Below are positions 9,348 through 18,780 of a stretch of DNA of 64,000 nucleotides, one piece after another (position 1 is the first letter of the stretch; each line of letters opens with the position of its first letter). Source of the stretch: Candidatus Latescibacterota bacterium (GTDB taxonomy: Bacteria > Latescibacterota > UBA2968 > UBA8231); the NCBI GenBank assembly GCA_965261395.1, contig OZ253462.1, forward strand, positions 6,368,001 to 6,432,000, in the 5' to 3' direction. The translations under genes and the position numbers were made by a program. Under the pieces are notes generated by a model that had not been told where the DNA came from, did not search any database, and was given only the letters and a program-made list of their open reading frames with translations.

Positions 9348-10086
9348 AGTGTACCTGTTAGTCAAAATTAAGCTCGTCGGCGATATCCTCGACGGTTGCT
9401 CTGTGTTTTTCTGCCTTCTCGCGTTGTCGCTCTTCATCTTGTCGCCTACTCTCTAGGATTCTAGCTTCTTCCTCGTTAGTCTTACTAACACACAAAATCA
9501 AGGTTTCCCTATGATATTTCTTCACTTCGTCAATCGTCGTACCATCCAAGATAATCTTAGAACCGACCACTCTTGCAATACCCGGCCTATGCATCGTGGT
9601 AAATCTTGGTGGTGCGTTCCAGGTACTTACAAAAACCTCGGACCAAAGTGAAGAAGGCTGTCTGCTCAGACGAAAAGGCACAGTGTATAGTGCCGATCCC
9701 GGTGTACCATCCATAGTTGGTTCGGTGACTTCGTCGACAATGACGCCAACAATTTTGAGCGCATCGCTCGGAGACGATTCCTTCGTTTGCGGCTCTGAGC
9801 TAGTTTGCGAAGATCTCCGTAAAGGAGGAGCGATCGGCCTTTCCCCTAGCAATGTAGTAATTAAGTCTGAATAGTTCTCTTCGTACTTATCGGGTGAACT
9901 TAAGTCAATATAGTACTTACCCTTCAACCGTGAAGGGGCAGCATCTTCCCATGTCCCCCGAGCTAGGATCGGAATGAATTTTCGGTGATTGCGCCGGGAG
10001 TAAACCTCTGCCGTCATTATGTCCCCTTCATATCCAACGCCGCCCCTGCGTCCATCGGACCTAAGCCGGTAGTTAGGAGTACAAAC

Positions 10087-11271
10087 GGCTTTGTTGCATG
10101 AAAACCGGTCGGGGCCGTGTTGGCTTCTTTCGCGTGTGATTTACGCTTTTTTGGTTAGCGGATAGGACTCAGGTTTCGCCAACGCCCGCATCCGGTTGAG
10201 CAAGGCACAGCCCAACCGCGCTTCGGTCTGTTGGTTGGTTAGGGTTCGGGTGCGCAAGGTGTCACCAAGTATCTGTTTGTAGCGGCCTATCTGCGTTTCG
10301 GCTACCGAGCGTCGATGATAGCCGCTCTCGTGTTTCCAACCTCGACGGCCCCGTTTGCGGATGGCTCGAATCGTCTCATCGCGGGGCAACGGCTCGGCGT
10401 TGGTGTTGCCATGTTGCTCGATTTTGGCGTCCTTGCGCGGCGGAATGATCGGATGAATAGGTGCCCCCTGCTCGGGCGCGGCCAACGCCTTGAACACCTT
10501 GCGTTTGTCATAGGCCCCATCGCCGCCCAACGCCTCCACGGGGGCCTCGATCTGTGCCAGCAACGGCTCCACCTGCCCCGCATCATCGTGGCTATTCGTC
10601 GTCAAGGTCTGCGCGACGATCTCGCCGGTGGCTTCATTAACCCCGAGGTGCAATTTGCGCCACGTGCGCCGCTTGCTCCAGCCGTGCTGACGCACCTTCC
10701 ATTCGCCTTCGCCATACACTTTCAGCCCGGTCGAATCCACCACCAAGTGCATCGGTTGGTCTCCCCGCTGGGGCGGCCACGCCACGGCTAAACCCGCCTG
10801 ACGGCGCGACAGGGTCGTGTGATCGGGCACCCGCAGATCCAAGCCCATCAGGGCCAACACCGAAGCGACAAACCCCTCGGTTTGGCGTAGGGGCAAGTGA
10901 TACAAAAGACGCAGCGTCAACGCCGTTTGGATGGCGACCTCCGAAAAGGTATATTGCGCCCCCCGCTGAGGCGGCCCTTGATAATACCAAGCTTCGACGG
11001 CCTGGGGCGTGAACCACACCGTCAGACTACCGCGCTGTTGCAGCCCGGCCTCATAGTCGGCCCAATTACGTACCCGGTACACGACGTTGGAGCGACGGCG
11101 AGGCGAGCGACCAGGCTTGACGGAAGAGGGGCAAGACGATAGGTTGGCCATGACAGGTTCCTTGGACGAGAAAGCATGGGTTTTTTGGCGAAAGTCGTGC
11201 TCAATCTACTGAGGAGCCTGTTTTTATTCAACCGATCAACCGAAAAAAACACCAATTCATGCACCAAAGCC
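10087..11271 (-). mobile_element. IS5-family (IS903-like) insertion sequence, 1185 bp, copy 1
   Basis: TIRs GGCTTTGTTGCATGAA / GGCTTTGGTGCATGAA; 9-bp TSD AGTACAAAC at 10078-10086 and 11272-11280. Confidence 0.95.
10141..11151 (-). CDS. IS5-family DDE transposase
   Basis: YRVRNWADYEAGLQQRGSLTVW, LVVDSTGLKVYGEGEW, GDGAYD, YHRRSVAET motifs. Confidence 0.95.
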   Translation of the reverse strand: MANLSSCPSSVKPGRSPRRRSNVVYRVRNWADYEAGLQQRGSLTVWFTPQAVEAWYYQGPPQRGAQYTFSEVAIQTALTLRLLYHLPLRQTEGFVASVLALMGLDLRVPDHTTLSRRQAGLAVAWPPQRGDQPMHLVVDSTGLKVYGEGEWKVRQHGWSKRRTWRKLHLGVNEATGEIVAQTLTTNSHDDAGQVEPLLAQIEAPVEALGGDGAYDKRKVFKALAAPEQGAPIHPIIPPRKDAKIEQHGNTNAEPLPRDETIRAIRKRGRRGWKHESGYHRRSVAETQIGRYKQILGDTLRTRTLTNQQTEARLGCALLNRMRALAKPESYPLTKKA

Positions 11272-13437
11272 AGTACAAACGATCAGTACATAGTCGTTCT
11301 CGCGGATATGTCTTTCCATAAACTCTGGTAGCTGATCTCCCGGTACGGCATGCCACTGATCGAGGATTGTTTCGACGCCGTCATCTCGAAGATTCGTCGC
11401 CAATTTTGCGACCCACTCCTTGTGCTGATCATCATCCCATGAGTATGACATAAAGGCTTTAGGGGCACTCATCTGCCTTTGCTCCTTTCCGTATCTGCTA
11501 ATAGTTGATCTGAAAAATGCAATCCCCGCCCACGCTTCGTCTATCATCCCCTGATACCCCTCAATCTTCGCCACAATCTCTCGCTGCACTTCCAGAGGCG
11601 GCAGGGGAATTTTCAGCTCACAAAATTTTGATTTGGAAATTTCTTTGAACGTGCCACTGGCCCAAGCATTCATAGTGGGCACGAGTTCCGTCATAGCGAG
11701 AGCAATATATTCAGGTATCGCCCGCGATGGGTTTTTGATAATAATATTTTTGAACCCCTGATTCGTAGCCAACGGTATTCGATTGATGCCAATTCGACCT
11801 ATAGTGGCACGAGTTGAAACAATAACGGAGTTTTCTGGAATCAGCTTCGCTGACGATTTAGCAAGGCCGATCTCGCTAATTGTGCGCTGCGTAGTTCTAA
11901 TCTCAGCGACAAGCTCAGTTGGCGGTAAATCGACTAATGTAGCCCACGGTACGCCCCCATCCCAGTATTCCTCTACCCTGGACTTCGGCGTACCACCGCT
12001 TTCAATGCAAAAAAGCTCTGAATCACCTAGAGAAACCAGAGGAAATGAATGTTCGCTACGCTCATTCTCCCGGTACCTTTCCCTACTCAGACTATACTCC
12101 CCTCCCTCCGCAATCTTCTCCTTCTCGGCAATCAGCCCAAGCGCGGTTGTGTAATCCACTTTAGGTTCCGCCACACCACCGGCTAGCACCGACTCGCCCG
12201 CCCGCAGCCGCCCCAGATATTCGCCAAGCTCCTCCCTCACCTTTGGCAAGTCATTCTCCGCAATCTCCCGCCGCTGCGCCCCCAAATCAAACCCATCGTT
12301 CTCCACCTTAAAAAAGGCAATGCTGTCCGTCTTTTGCGCCAGCGCCTTGTCCAGCAGCAGAATGGATGTCTTGACCCCCGAATAGGGCTGGAACACGCCC
12401 GCCGGCAGCGAGATAACAGCCACCAGATAATTCTCCACCAGCATCTTGCGTAGCTGCTTATAGGCGGTCTGGCTCTGAAAGACAATGCCCTCCGGCACAA
12501 TGATACCGGCGCGCCCCGTAGGCGTCAGATGCTCGGCCATGTAATCGACAAACAGCACCTCGCTGCGTTTGGATTGCACTGAAAAACGACGGTGCGGACG
12601 GATGCCACCCTTCGGCGACATAAACGGCGGATTGGCCAAAATCACGTCGGCATACTCGTTCCAGCGCTCCTCGCTGGTCAGGGTGTCGTATTCGGAGATA
12701 TGCGGCTCGACAAAGCCGTGCAGATACAGATTCACCAGCGACAACCGCACCATATCAGGCGAAATGTCATACCCCTTGAAGTTAGCCGCGAGGGTCCCTT
12801 TTTCGTCCGGCGTCAGCGTACTGTTACCCTCGTCGTCAATATTGGACTTGAGAATGTGCTTGTACGACGAAATCAGAAACCCGGCAGTACCGCAGGCCGG
12901 GTCGAGAATGGTTTCGTCTTTCTTCGGGTCAACGACGGAGACAATGAAGTCGATGATATGGCGCGGAGTGCGGAACTGCCCGGCATCCCCCTGCGAGCCA
13001 AGAACCGAGAGCAGATATTCAAAGGCATCGCCCAGCCGCTCGCTGTGATCGTACGTAAACTCGTCGATAACCTTGAGAAAGGCGCGCAAAGTCTCTGGGT
13101 CGCGGTAGGGCAAATAGGCGTTGTTGAAGATGTCGCGGAACAGCGGCGGAATGCCCGGATTTTCCGGCATCCGGGTGATCGCCTCGGCGTACAGACTCAA
13201 AGTCTCGTGGCCGCCCAAACCAGCGCGCACCAGTTGCGGCCAGCCATAGCGGGCAAAGTCGCCGGCAAAAAACGTGCGCTGCCCGCCCATCTCCTCGCTC
13301 GCGGCGTCAATATCATCCATAAACTTGTAGATGAGCGCGATGGTAATCTGCTCTACTTGGCTTTTGGGATCGGGTACCTTGCCGACGAGGATGTCGCGGG
13401 CCGTGTCAATGCGGCGTTTGGTAGCGGTGTCGAGCAT
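11257..13437 (-). CDS. Type I R-M HsdM-HsdS fusion, copy A: only one TRD, runs in frame into the SEFIR N-terminus
   Basis: GQFRTP, DPACGTAGFL, ILANPPF (N6-MTase), then TRD1 and IPLPPLEVQREIV; no stop before MSAPKAFMSYSW. True start MLDTATK at 13437 by comparison with copy B. Confidence 0.85.
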   Translation of the reverse strand: MLDTATKRRIDTARDILVGKVPDPKSQVEQITIALIYKFMDDIDAASEEMGGQRTFFAGDFARYGWPQLVRAGLGGHETLSLYAEAITRMPENPGIPPLFRDIFNNAYLPYRDPETLRAFLKVIDEFTYDHSERLGDAFEYLLSVLGSQGDAGQFRTPRHIIDFIVSVVDPKKDETILDPACGTAGFLISSYKHILKSNIDDEGNSTLTPDEKGTLAANFKGYDISPDMVRLSLVNLYLHGFVEPHISEYDTLTSEERWNEYADVILANPPFMSPKGGIRPHRRFSVQSKRSEVLFVDYMAEHLTPTGRAGIIVPEGIVFQSQTAYKQLRKMLVENYLVAVISLPAGVFQPYSGVKTSILLLDKALAQKTDSIAFFKVENDGFDLGAQRREIAENDLPKVREELGEYLGRLRAGESVLAGGVAEPKVDYTTALGLIAEKEKIAEGGEYSLSRERYRENERSEHSFPLVSLGDSELFCIESGGTPKSRVEEYWDGGVPWATLVDLPPTELVAEIRTTQRTISEIGLAKSSAKLIPENSVIVSTRATIGRIGINRIPLATNQGFKNIIIKNPSRAIPEYIALAMTELVPTMNAWASGTFKEISKSKFCELKIPLPPLEVQREIVAKIEGYQGMIDEAWAGIAFFRSTISRYGKEQRQMSAPKAFMSYSWDDDQHKEWVAKLATNLRDDGVETILDQWHAVPGDQLPEFMERHIRENDYVLIVCTGFGA

Positions 13438-13438
13438 A

Positions 13439-14329
13439 TTAGGTCCGGTAAACGAATCCCTCTCCGATCTTCCACACCCCCTTCTCGCGGAAAGCGGGAA
13501 TGGTCTGGCGACGGGCGGCGTTGGTGACCGCAGGTGCCGAGAGCCCATGCTGTTTGATATAATCCGACAGCCGGATAATGGCCTCCCCCTGTAAATAGCT
13601 CAGCCTCTTATGCAGCGACTCTACGAGCGCCAACGCCATAATATCTTCCATCGTCCTAGTCGTTTGGCGGTCCCCATAGTCCCTGAACGCCTGATAGTAC
13701 CGCTCCTTTTCCGAGTTGCGGACAATAAGGCGCGGCAGTCCGAGCTGGATAAGTTGAAAATTGATGAAAACCCGCCCCAAGCGGCCATTGCCGTCGCAAA
13801 AGGGATGGATGGTCTCAAAATCCAAGTGGAATCGGGCAATCTTATCGAGGAAGTAGGTGCCAAGGTCGCTGGAATACTCGACGAGGATGTCATCTATCAT
13901 GCGCTCCACATGCTCGGGTGCCGGCGCGATATGAGTCCCCACCCGCACGTATTCCCCCTGCTCGCGAAAGCGTCCGGCGATGGCATCATTAATGCCGTCG
14001 ATGAGCATCTGATGCAAGAGTAGTATCAGGTCTTTGTTCAGTTCACTGTCTTTAGCTTTGGTGCGTTTGTATTCCGTGACGCGGGCTAGATTTTTCGCCT
14101 CGAAGACTTCCCGCACAGACACGTTTCGGGACAACATCTGCTCCAACAGGATTTTCTCTGTCTCCTCAAGGGTAAGAGTTGAATTCTCAATCGCGTTCGA
14201 GTTGTACACGCTCTCGGGGATCTCCACTTCGTCGATCATCGACAGCAGCGATTCCTTGCCTTGGCGCAAGGTATCGTACGTTCGTTTCAAGTCTTGGATG
14301 CGGCTTTTTATCGGCTGTGTGGTCGCCAT
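13439..14329 (-). CDS. Fic-domain protein (AMPylase) with C-terminal HTH
   Basis: Canonical Fic motif HPFCDGNGRLGR; SNAIENSTLT. Confidence 0.92.
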   Translation of the reverse strand: MATTQPIKSRIQDLKRTYDTLRQGKESLLSMIDEVEIPESVYNSNAIENSTLTLEETEKILLEQMLSRNVSVREVFEAKNLARVTEYKRTKAKDSELNKDLILLLHQMLIDGINDAIAGRFREQGEYVRVGTHIAPAPEHVERMIDDILVEYSSDLGTYFLDKIARFHLDFETIHPFCDGNGRLGRVFINFQLIQLGLPRLIVRNSEKERYYQAFRDYGDRQTTRTMEDIMALALVESLHKRLSYLQGEAIIRLSDYIKQHGLSAPAVTNAARRQTIPAFREKGVWKIGEGFVYRT

Positions 14330-14335
14330 GTCGTT

Positions 14336-14364
14336 ATTGTATCGTATTCACTATATATTGTCAA
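14336..14364 (-). promoter_or_regulatory. Sigma70-type promoter of fic; probably a leaderless transcript
   Basis: Minus strand TTGACA-N17-TACAAT, with the ATG only 6 nt downstream of the -10 box. Confidence 0.7.
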
Positions 14365-14430
14365 ATATCCGTGAATGAACCGCGAAAAATGGGAGCTATT
14401 CACGGTCTTTTGGGATAAATGCATTAATCG
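14350..14430. repeat. Diverged duplicate of the region upstream of hsdMS copy B (18690-18770)
   Basis: Shared TATATTGTCAAATATCCGTGAATGAACCG...ATTCAC...GGATAAAT...TTAATCG. Confidence 0.85.
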
Positions 14431-14614
14431 TGGATGAGAAAACCGAGTTAGTAACTGACGTTACTACGCAGCTTTTGTCCCCAATCCCCCCATCCCTGTA
14501 TCCCTTCCGCGACACTCCAACGCCTCATATCCCCTCCGCCCCTCTGAACCGCCGCCGTGGCACGATTCTTGCCCGTTGCGGATACCACCCCATCCGCAAC
14601 CCAAGGCATGACTC

Positions 14615-15514
14615 ATGGCCGAATTCGACACCATCGCCAAACATCTCATCCACACCTACCCCCACGACTTCGCCCGCTTCGCCCTCCACCAAGACGACGT
14701 CGAAATCCTCGACGTCATCGACACCGAACAACCCACCGTCGAAGCCCACCGCACCGACAGCCTCATCCGCGTACAAGTCGGCGACGAGGAATCGCTAGTC
14801 CATCACGAGTTTCAAACCACCGACAGCAAACCGCCCATGCCGCAGCGCATGGCCGGCTATATCGGGCGCGGTATCGAACAACACGGCCTACCCATCTACT
14901 CCAACGTCATCTATCTGCGTCCCGACGCCGGCCGGAACGATCCGGGGCACTATCTCCAAGAGCGGCACGGCTACCGCGTCTTGGTGCAATACAAAGTGAT
15001 TCGGCTGAGTGAACTAGACGGCCAACGCATGCTCGACGCGGGGTATTCGGGCTTGCTTCCGTTTGCGCCGTTGATGCAGCGGCCAGTGGGGGTGGATGCC
15101 GAGGCATGGTTGCGCCAGTGTGTCAACCGGGCGCAAGAGGTGCCGATGGACGAGACCGTCAAGGCCAATTATTTGGCCGATCTTGCCATTTTGAGCGGTT
15201 TGGTGTATAGATTAGAAACGATTATGACCATCTTCTCGGAGGCGACCATGTACGAATCGTCGGTAGTGCAGTATTTCACAGAAAAGGCCCTTGAACAAGG
15301 CATTGAGCAAGGCATCGAGCGAGGAGGCCGAGAACGCGCGGTTGAAGATCTGCTCGACGTGCTGGAGATTCGCTTTGAACTAGCCGCGTCGGATCCGTTG
15401 GCCGCTCGCATTGGGGCCATTGACGATATGCAGCGCCTCAAGCAGTTGCATCGGGCGGCCATACAGGTGCCGAGCCTCGAAGCCTTTAGGCACCTGTTAG
15501 ATGAAGCCGAGTAG
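14615..15514 (+). CDS. Rpn-family (PD-(D/E)XK) recombination-promoting nuclease / putative transposase
   Basis: FDTIAKHL, RTDSL, HHEFQT, RMAGY motifs and C-terminal EQGIEQGIERG repeat. Confidence 0.8.
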   Translation: MAEFDTIAKHLIHTYPHDFARFALHQDDVEILDVIDTEQPTVEAHRTDSLIRVQVGDEESLVHHEFQTTDSKPPMPQRMAGYIGRGIEQHGLPIYSNVIYLRPDAGRNDPGHYLQERHGYRVLVQYKVIRLSELDGQRMLDAGYSGLLPFAPLMQRPVGVDAEAWLRQCVNRAQEVPMDETVKANYLADLAILSGLVYRLETIMTIFSEATMYESSVVQYFTEKALEQGIEQGIERGGRERAVEDLLDVLEIRFELAASDPLAARIGAIDDMQRLKQLHRAAIQVPSLEAFRHLLDEAE

Positions 15515-15515
15515 A

Positions 15516-15597
15516 TCACGGTTCACTTCCTCCACTATCCGCGTCTCTACCCCACACCCGCCCAATCGCCGCCCGAATCTTCCCCGCCATCCGCGCA
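15516..15597 (-). pseudogene. Remnant 3' end of an additional hsdS
   Basis: 15550-15595 closely matches 16166-16210 (C-terminus of copy B); reads RMAGKIRAAIGRVWG vs RMEGKIRVAIGRVWG. Confidence 0.7.
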
Positions 15598-15638
15598 TCA
15601 AGGACGAATTGTGCGCGGACAACGGCAAATGATGTACT

Positions 15639-15857
15639 TTACTCGAATAGTGATCTGGGCAGCCCCGATTGCCTAATAATTGACATCAGCGTTCCCATCC
15701 GCAGTTCCCTGTGGTCAGGAACTGGGATGGTAATAGTGCTGCTGGACTCGACTTTTTGCATGATTACATGGCTGCCCCTGCGCCGGACCTCGGTAAATCC
15801 GTGATTCGCAAGTATTCCACAGACTTCCCGGCCCGATAATACTCGCAGTCTAGCCAA
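15639..15857 (-). CDS. hicA: HicA-family mRNA interferase toxin
   Basis: GFTEVRRRGSHVIM...VPDHRELRMGTLMSIIRQSGL. Confidence 0.9.
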   Translation of the reverse strand: MARLRVLSGREVCGILANHGFTEVRRRGSHVIMQKVESSSTITIPVPDHRELRMGTLMSIIRQSGLPRSLFE

Positions 15858-16074
15858 TCGCGACCTCCACCTGCGTTACGTACACTTCCTCGTGCAGCCG
15901 ATGCTCAATCTCGGTGGCTGAAGCTGTCTCGAAAAACAACTCCAATGCCTCCTTCAAATTTTCCCGAGCCTCAGTCACGGTTGCGCCCTGACTAGCGATG
16001 TCCAACTCAGGGCAGAGGGCGACGTAGTCATCGCCCTCTCGTTCGATAATTGCTGTCCACTGTCTGGTCATCAT
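15850..16074 (-). CDS. hicB: HicB-family antitoxin
   Basis: YVALCPELDIASQGATVTEARENLKEALELF; overlaps hicA. Confidence 0.9.
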   Translation of the reverse strand: MMTRQWTAIIEREGDDYVALCPELDIASQGATVTEARENLKEALELFFETASATEIEHRLHEEVYVTQVEVAIG

Positions 16075-16131
16075 GACCTCCCGTCTTCTGGTTTGATGTG
16101 ATTCACATGGCTAGACAGGATTTTAGGGTTT

Positions 16132-18639
16132 TCAGGCCCCATCCCGTTTATCAATGTTACTCGTCCCCCACACTCGTCCAATCGCCACCCGAATCTTCCC
16201 CTCCATCCGCTCTACCAATTCCCGGTTAGCGGCGACAAGAGACTGCTCGGCTTCGATTTCGGCGACGATTTGATTCTGTTTGGTGATGGGCGGTAGGGGA
16301 ATGCGGTACGCAGCCAGTGATTTTGCGTTTATATTTGACTGACCGATGGAGCGGCTTGCATATTGCTTGATTCCAACCTGAAAGCGTTCAGTGTTCATGA
16401 AAGCATTTATGTAAAATGGATTCGCGCAGTCTTTGGATATAGAGAGTCGAATCAAATAGGACGCGAAACAGTATATTCCCTCCAAATCAAATATGCCTGT
16501 CCGTCCTACATGCTCGAAGCTGTTGGTGCGATTGAAAAGGATGTCACCTCGAATAAGCCGATATTTCTCAAACTCTTCAGCAGAAATATCGGCACATTTC
16601 ATATCCCCACAGTCAACACATTTCCCCTCCACAAGCTCATTCATGCGAAACGTTTTGTAGCCTGCCTTCTCTGTATTTAGTCGTACAGATAGACCATACT
16701 GAAGTCTTTCGCATACCTTCCCTAGCTTCACCATCGGCCACTCAGGATCAACCACAATCTGCGGCCGATAGTTGTCAATCACCGCCCGCGCCCCGTCTAT
16801 CACCCGCTGATACCCCTCTATCTCCGCTACAATCTCCCGCTGCACTTCCAGCGGCGGCAGGGGGATTTGGATACTCTTCAGCTTCGCTTGATTGAGCTTG
16901 GGTACCGTGACGCCAGTAATATACAGTGTCAAATCCAAAGAATTTATTATCTCAATCAGAAATCTGTCGAGAAGACGCTCTCGTTTAGGCCGCAAGACGT
17001 GTGCATGGTTATTAACCCAAACCTTGCCTTCAACAGCATAAGCGCTCTGTTCTCCAGATCCCCATTTTGCTCCATCTTCACCGACAAGTACTAAAGGTTC
17101 ATCGAATAGGTAATTATCAACATAATCAACGACTCCCGTCGCTCCGTAGTAAGGATACGGCCCCGGTCTTCTCTCGTGTTTGGTTATCGGTCGCCGCAGA
17201 GAATCCAAGATTTCTACAGTTTCACCCAACTCCACCATCGACCACTTCATACTGGCGTAATTAGTCGTTTCCCGATACCGTTCCCCACTCAGATTATACT
17301 CCCCACCCGCCGCAATCTTCTCCTTCTCGGCGATCAGCCCAAGCTCGGTTGTGTAATCCACTTTAGGTTCCGCCACCCCATCGCTCGTCACCGACTCCCC
17401 CACCCGCAGCCGCCCCAAATATTCGCCAAGCTCTTCCTTCACCTGCGGCAAGTCATTCTCCGCAATCTCCCGCCGCTGCGCCCCCAAATCAAACCCATCG
17501 TTCTCCACCTTAAAAAAGGCAATGCGATCCGTCTTGTTCGCCAGCGCCTTGTCCAGCAGCAGAATGGATGTCTTGACCCCCGAATAGGGCTGGAACACAC
17601 CCGCCGGCAGCGAGATGACAGCCACCAAATAATTCTCCACCAGCATCTTGCGTAGCTGCTTATAGGCGGTCTGGCTCTGAAAGACAATGCCCTCCGGCAC
17701 AATGATACCGGCGCGCCCCGTAGGCGTCAGATGCTCGGCCATGTAATCGACAAACAGCACCTCGCTCCGTTTGGATTGCACTGAAAAGCGGCGATGCGGG
17801 CGAATACCACCCTTCGGCGACATAAACGGCGGATTGGCCAAAATCACGTCGGCATACTCGTTCCAGCGCTCCTCGCTGGTCAGGGTGTCGTACTCGGAGA
17901 TATGCGGCTCGACAAAGCCGTGCAGATACAGATTCACCAGCGACAGCCGCACCATATCAGGCGAAATGTCATAGCCCCTAACGTTGGCCGCGAGTGTCCC
18001 TTTTTCGTCCGGCGTCAGCGTATTGTTACCCTCGTCGTCGGTATTGCCTTTGAGAATATGCTTGTACGACGAAATCAGGAACCCGGCAGTACCACAGGCC
18101 GGGTCGAGCACAGTTTCGTCTTTCTTCGGGTCAACGACGGCGACAATGAAGTCTATGATATGACGCGGAGTGCGGAACTGCCCGGCGTCCCCCTGCGAAC
18201 CGAGAACCGAGAGCAGATATTCAAAAGCATCGCCGAGCCGCTCGCTGTGATCGTACGTAAACTCGTCGATGACCTTGAGAAAGGCGCGCAAGGTCTCCGG
18301 GTCGCGGTAGGGTAAATAGGCGTTGTTGAAGATGTCGCGGAACAGCGGCGGAATGCCCGGATTTTCCGGCATCCGGGTGATCGCCTCAGCGTACAGATTC
18401 AAGGTCTCGTGGCCGCCCAAGCCAGCGCGCACCAGTTGAGGCCAGCCATAACGGGCAAAGTCGCCGGCAAAAAACGTGCGCTGCCCACCCAACTCCTCGC
18501 TCTCAGCGTCAATGTCGTCCATAAACTTGTAGATGAGCGCGATAGTAATCTGCTCTACTTGGCTTTTCGGATCGGGCACCTTGCCGACGAGGATGTCGCG
18601 GGCCGTGTCAATGCGGCGTTTGGTAGCGGTGTCGAGCAT
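16132..18639 (-). CDS. Type I R-M HsdM-HsdS fusion, copy B (complete, two TRDs)
   Basis: N6-MTase motifs DPACGTAGFL and NPPF, followed by two TRDs each ending in IPLPP..Q..IVAEIE. Confidence 0.9.
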   Translation of the reverse strand: MLDTATKRRIDTARDILVGKVPDPKSQVEQITIALIYKFMDDIDAESEELGGQRTFFAGDFARYGWPQLVRAGLGGHETLNLYAEAITRMPENPGIPPLFRDIFNNAYLPYRDPETLRAFLKVIDEFTYDHSERLGDAFEYLLSVLGSQGDAGQFRTPRHIIDFIVAVVDPKKDETVLDPACGTAGFLISSYKHILKGNTDDEGNNTLTPDEKGTLAANVRGYDISPDMVRLSLVNLYLHGFVEPHISEYDTLTSEERWNEYADVILANPPFMSPKGGIRPHRRFSVQSKRSEVLFVDYMAEHLTPTGRAGIIVPEGIVFQSQTAYKQLRKMLVENYLVAVISLPAGVFQPYSGVKTSILLLDKALANKTDRIAFFKVENDGFDLGAQRREIAENDLPQVKEELGEYLGRLRVGESVTSDGVAEPKVDYTTELGLIAEKEKIAAGGEYNLSGERYRETTNYASMKWSMVELGETVEILDSLRRPITKHERRPGPYPYYGATGVVDYVDNYLFDEPLVLVGEDGAKWGSGEQSAYAVEGKVWVNNHAHVLRPKRERLLDRFLIEIINSLDLTLYITGVTVPKLNQAKLKSIQIPLPPLEVQREIVAEIEGYQRVIDGARAVIDNYRPQIVVDPEWPMVKLGKVCERLQYGLSVRLNTEKAGYKTFRMNELVEGKCVDCGDMKCADISAEEFEKYRLIRGDILFNRTNSFEHVGRTGIFDLEGIYCFASYLIRLSISKDCANPFYINAFMNTERFQVGIKQYASRSIGQSNINAKSLAAYRIPLPPITKQNQIVAEIEAEQSLVAANRELVERMEGKIRVAIGRVWGTSNIDKRDGA

Positions 18640-18780
18640 ATTGTCCAGACTGTGAGTTACAGGATTTTGGGTAATCTGATTAATCCATTCACGCTATATT
18701 GTCAAATATCCGTGAATGAACCGAAAAAAATGGGTGCCATTCACTGTTTTTTCGGATAAATACGTTAATCGCGGGGCTTC

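Larger units (their letters stand above)
9358..11472 (-). pseudogene. SEFIR/TIR-domain protein interrupted by an IS5-family element
   Basis: Removing the IS and one TSD rejoins MSAPKAFMSYSWDDDQHKEWV...YVLIVCT|PNYRLRSDGRRGGVGYEGDIMTAE...KFIPIL in frame; AAGGAG RBS upstream of ATG 11472. Confidence 0.88.

Noticed and set aside
13438-13548. N-terminal extension of HsdMS copy A in the ORF track
   Set aside because: Overlaps fic; copy B shows the real start is MLDTATK (13437).
14455-14481. TDVTTQLLS resembling HsdR TEVTTQLLA on the opposite strand
   Set aside because: Only about 9 codons; could be chance and cannot be supported without an alignment.
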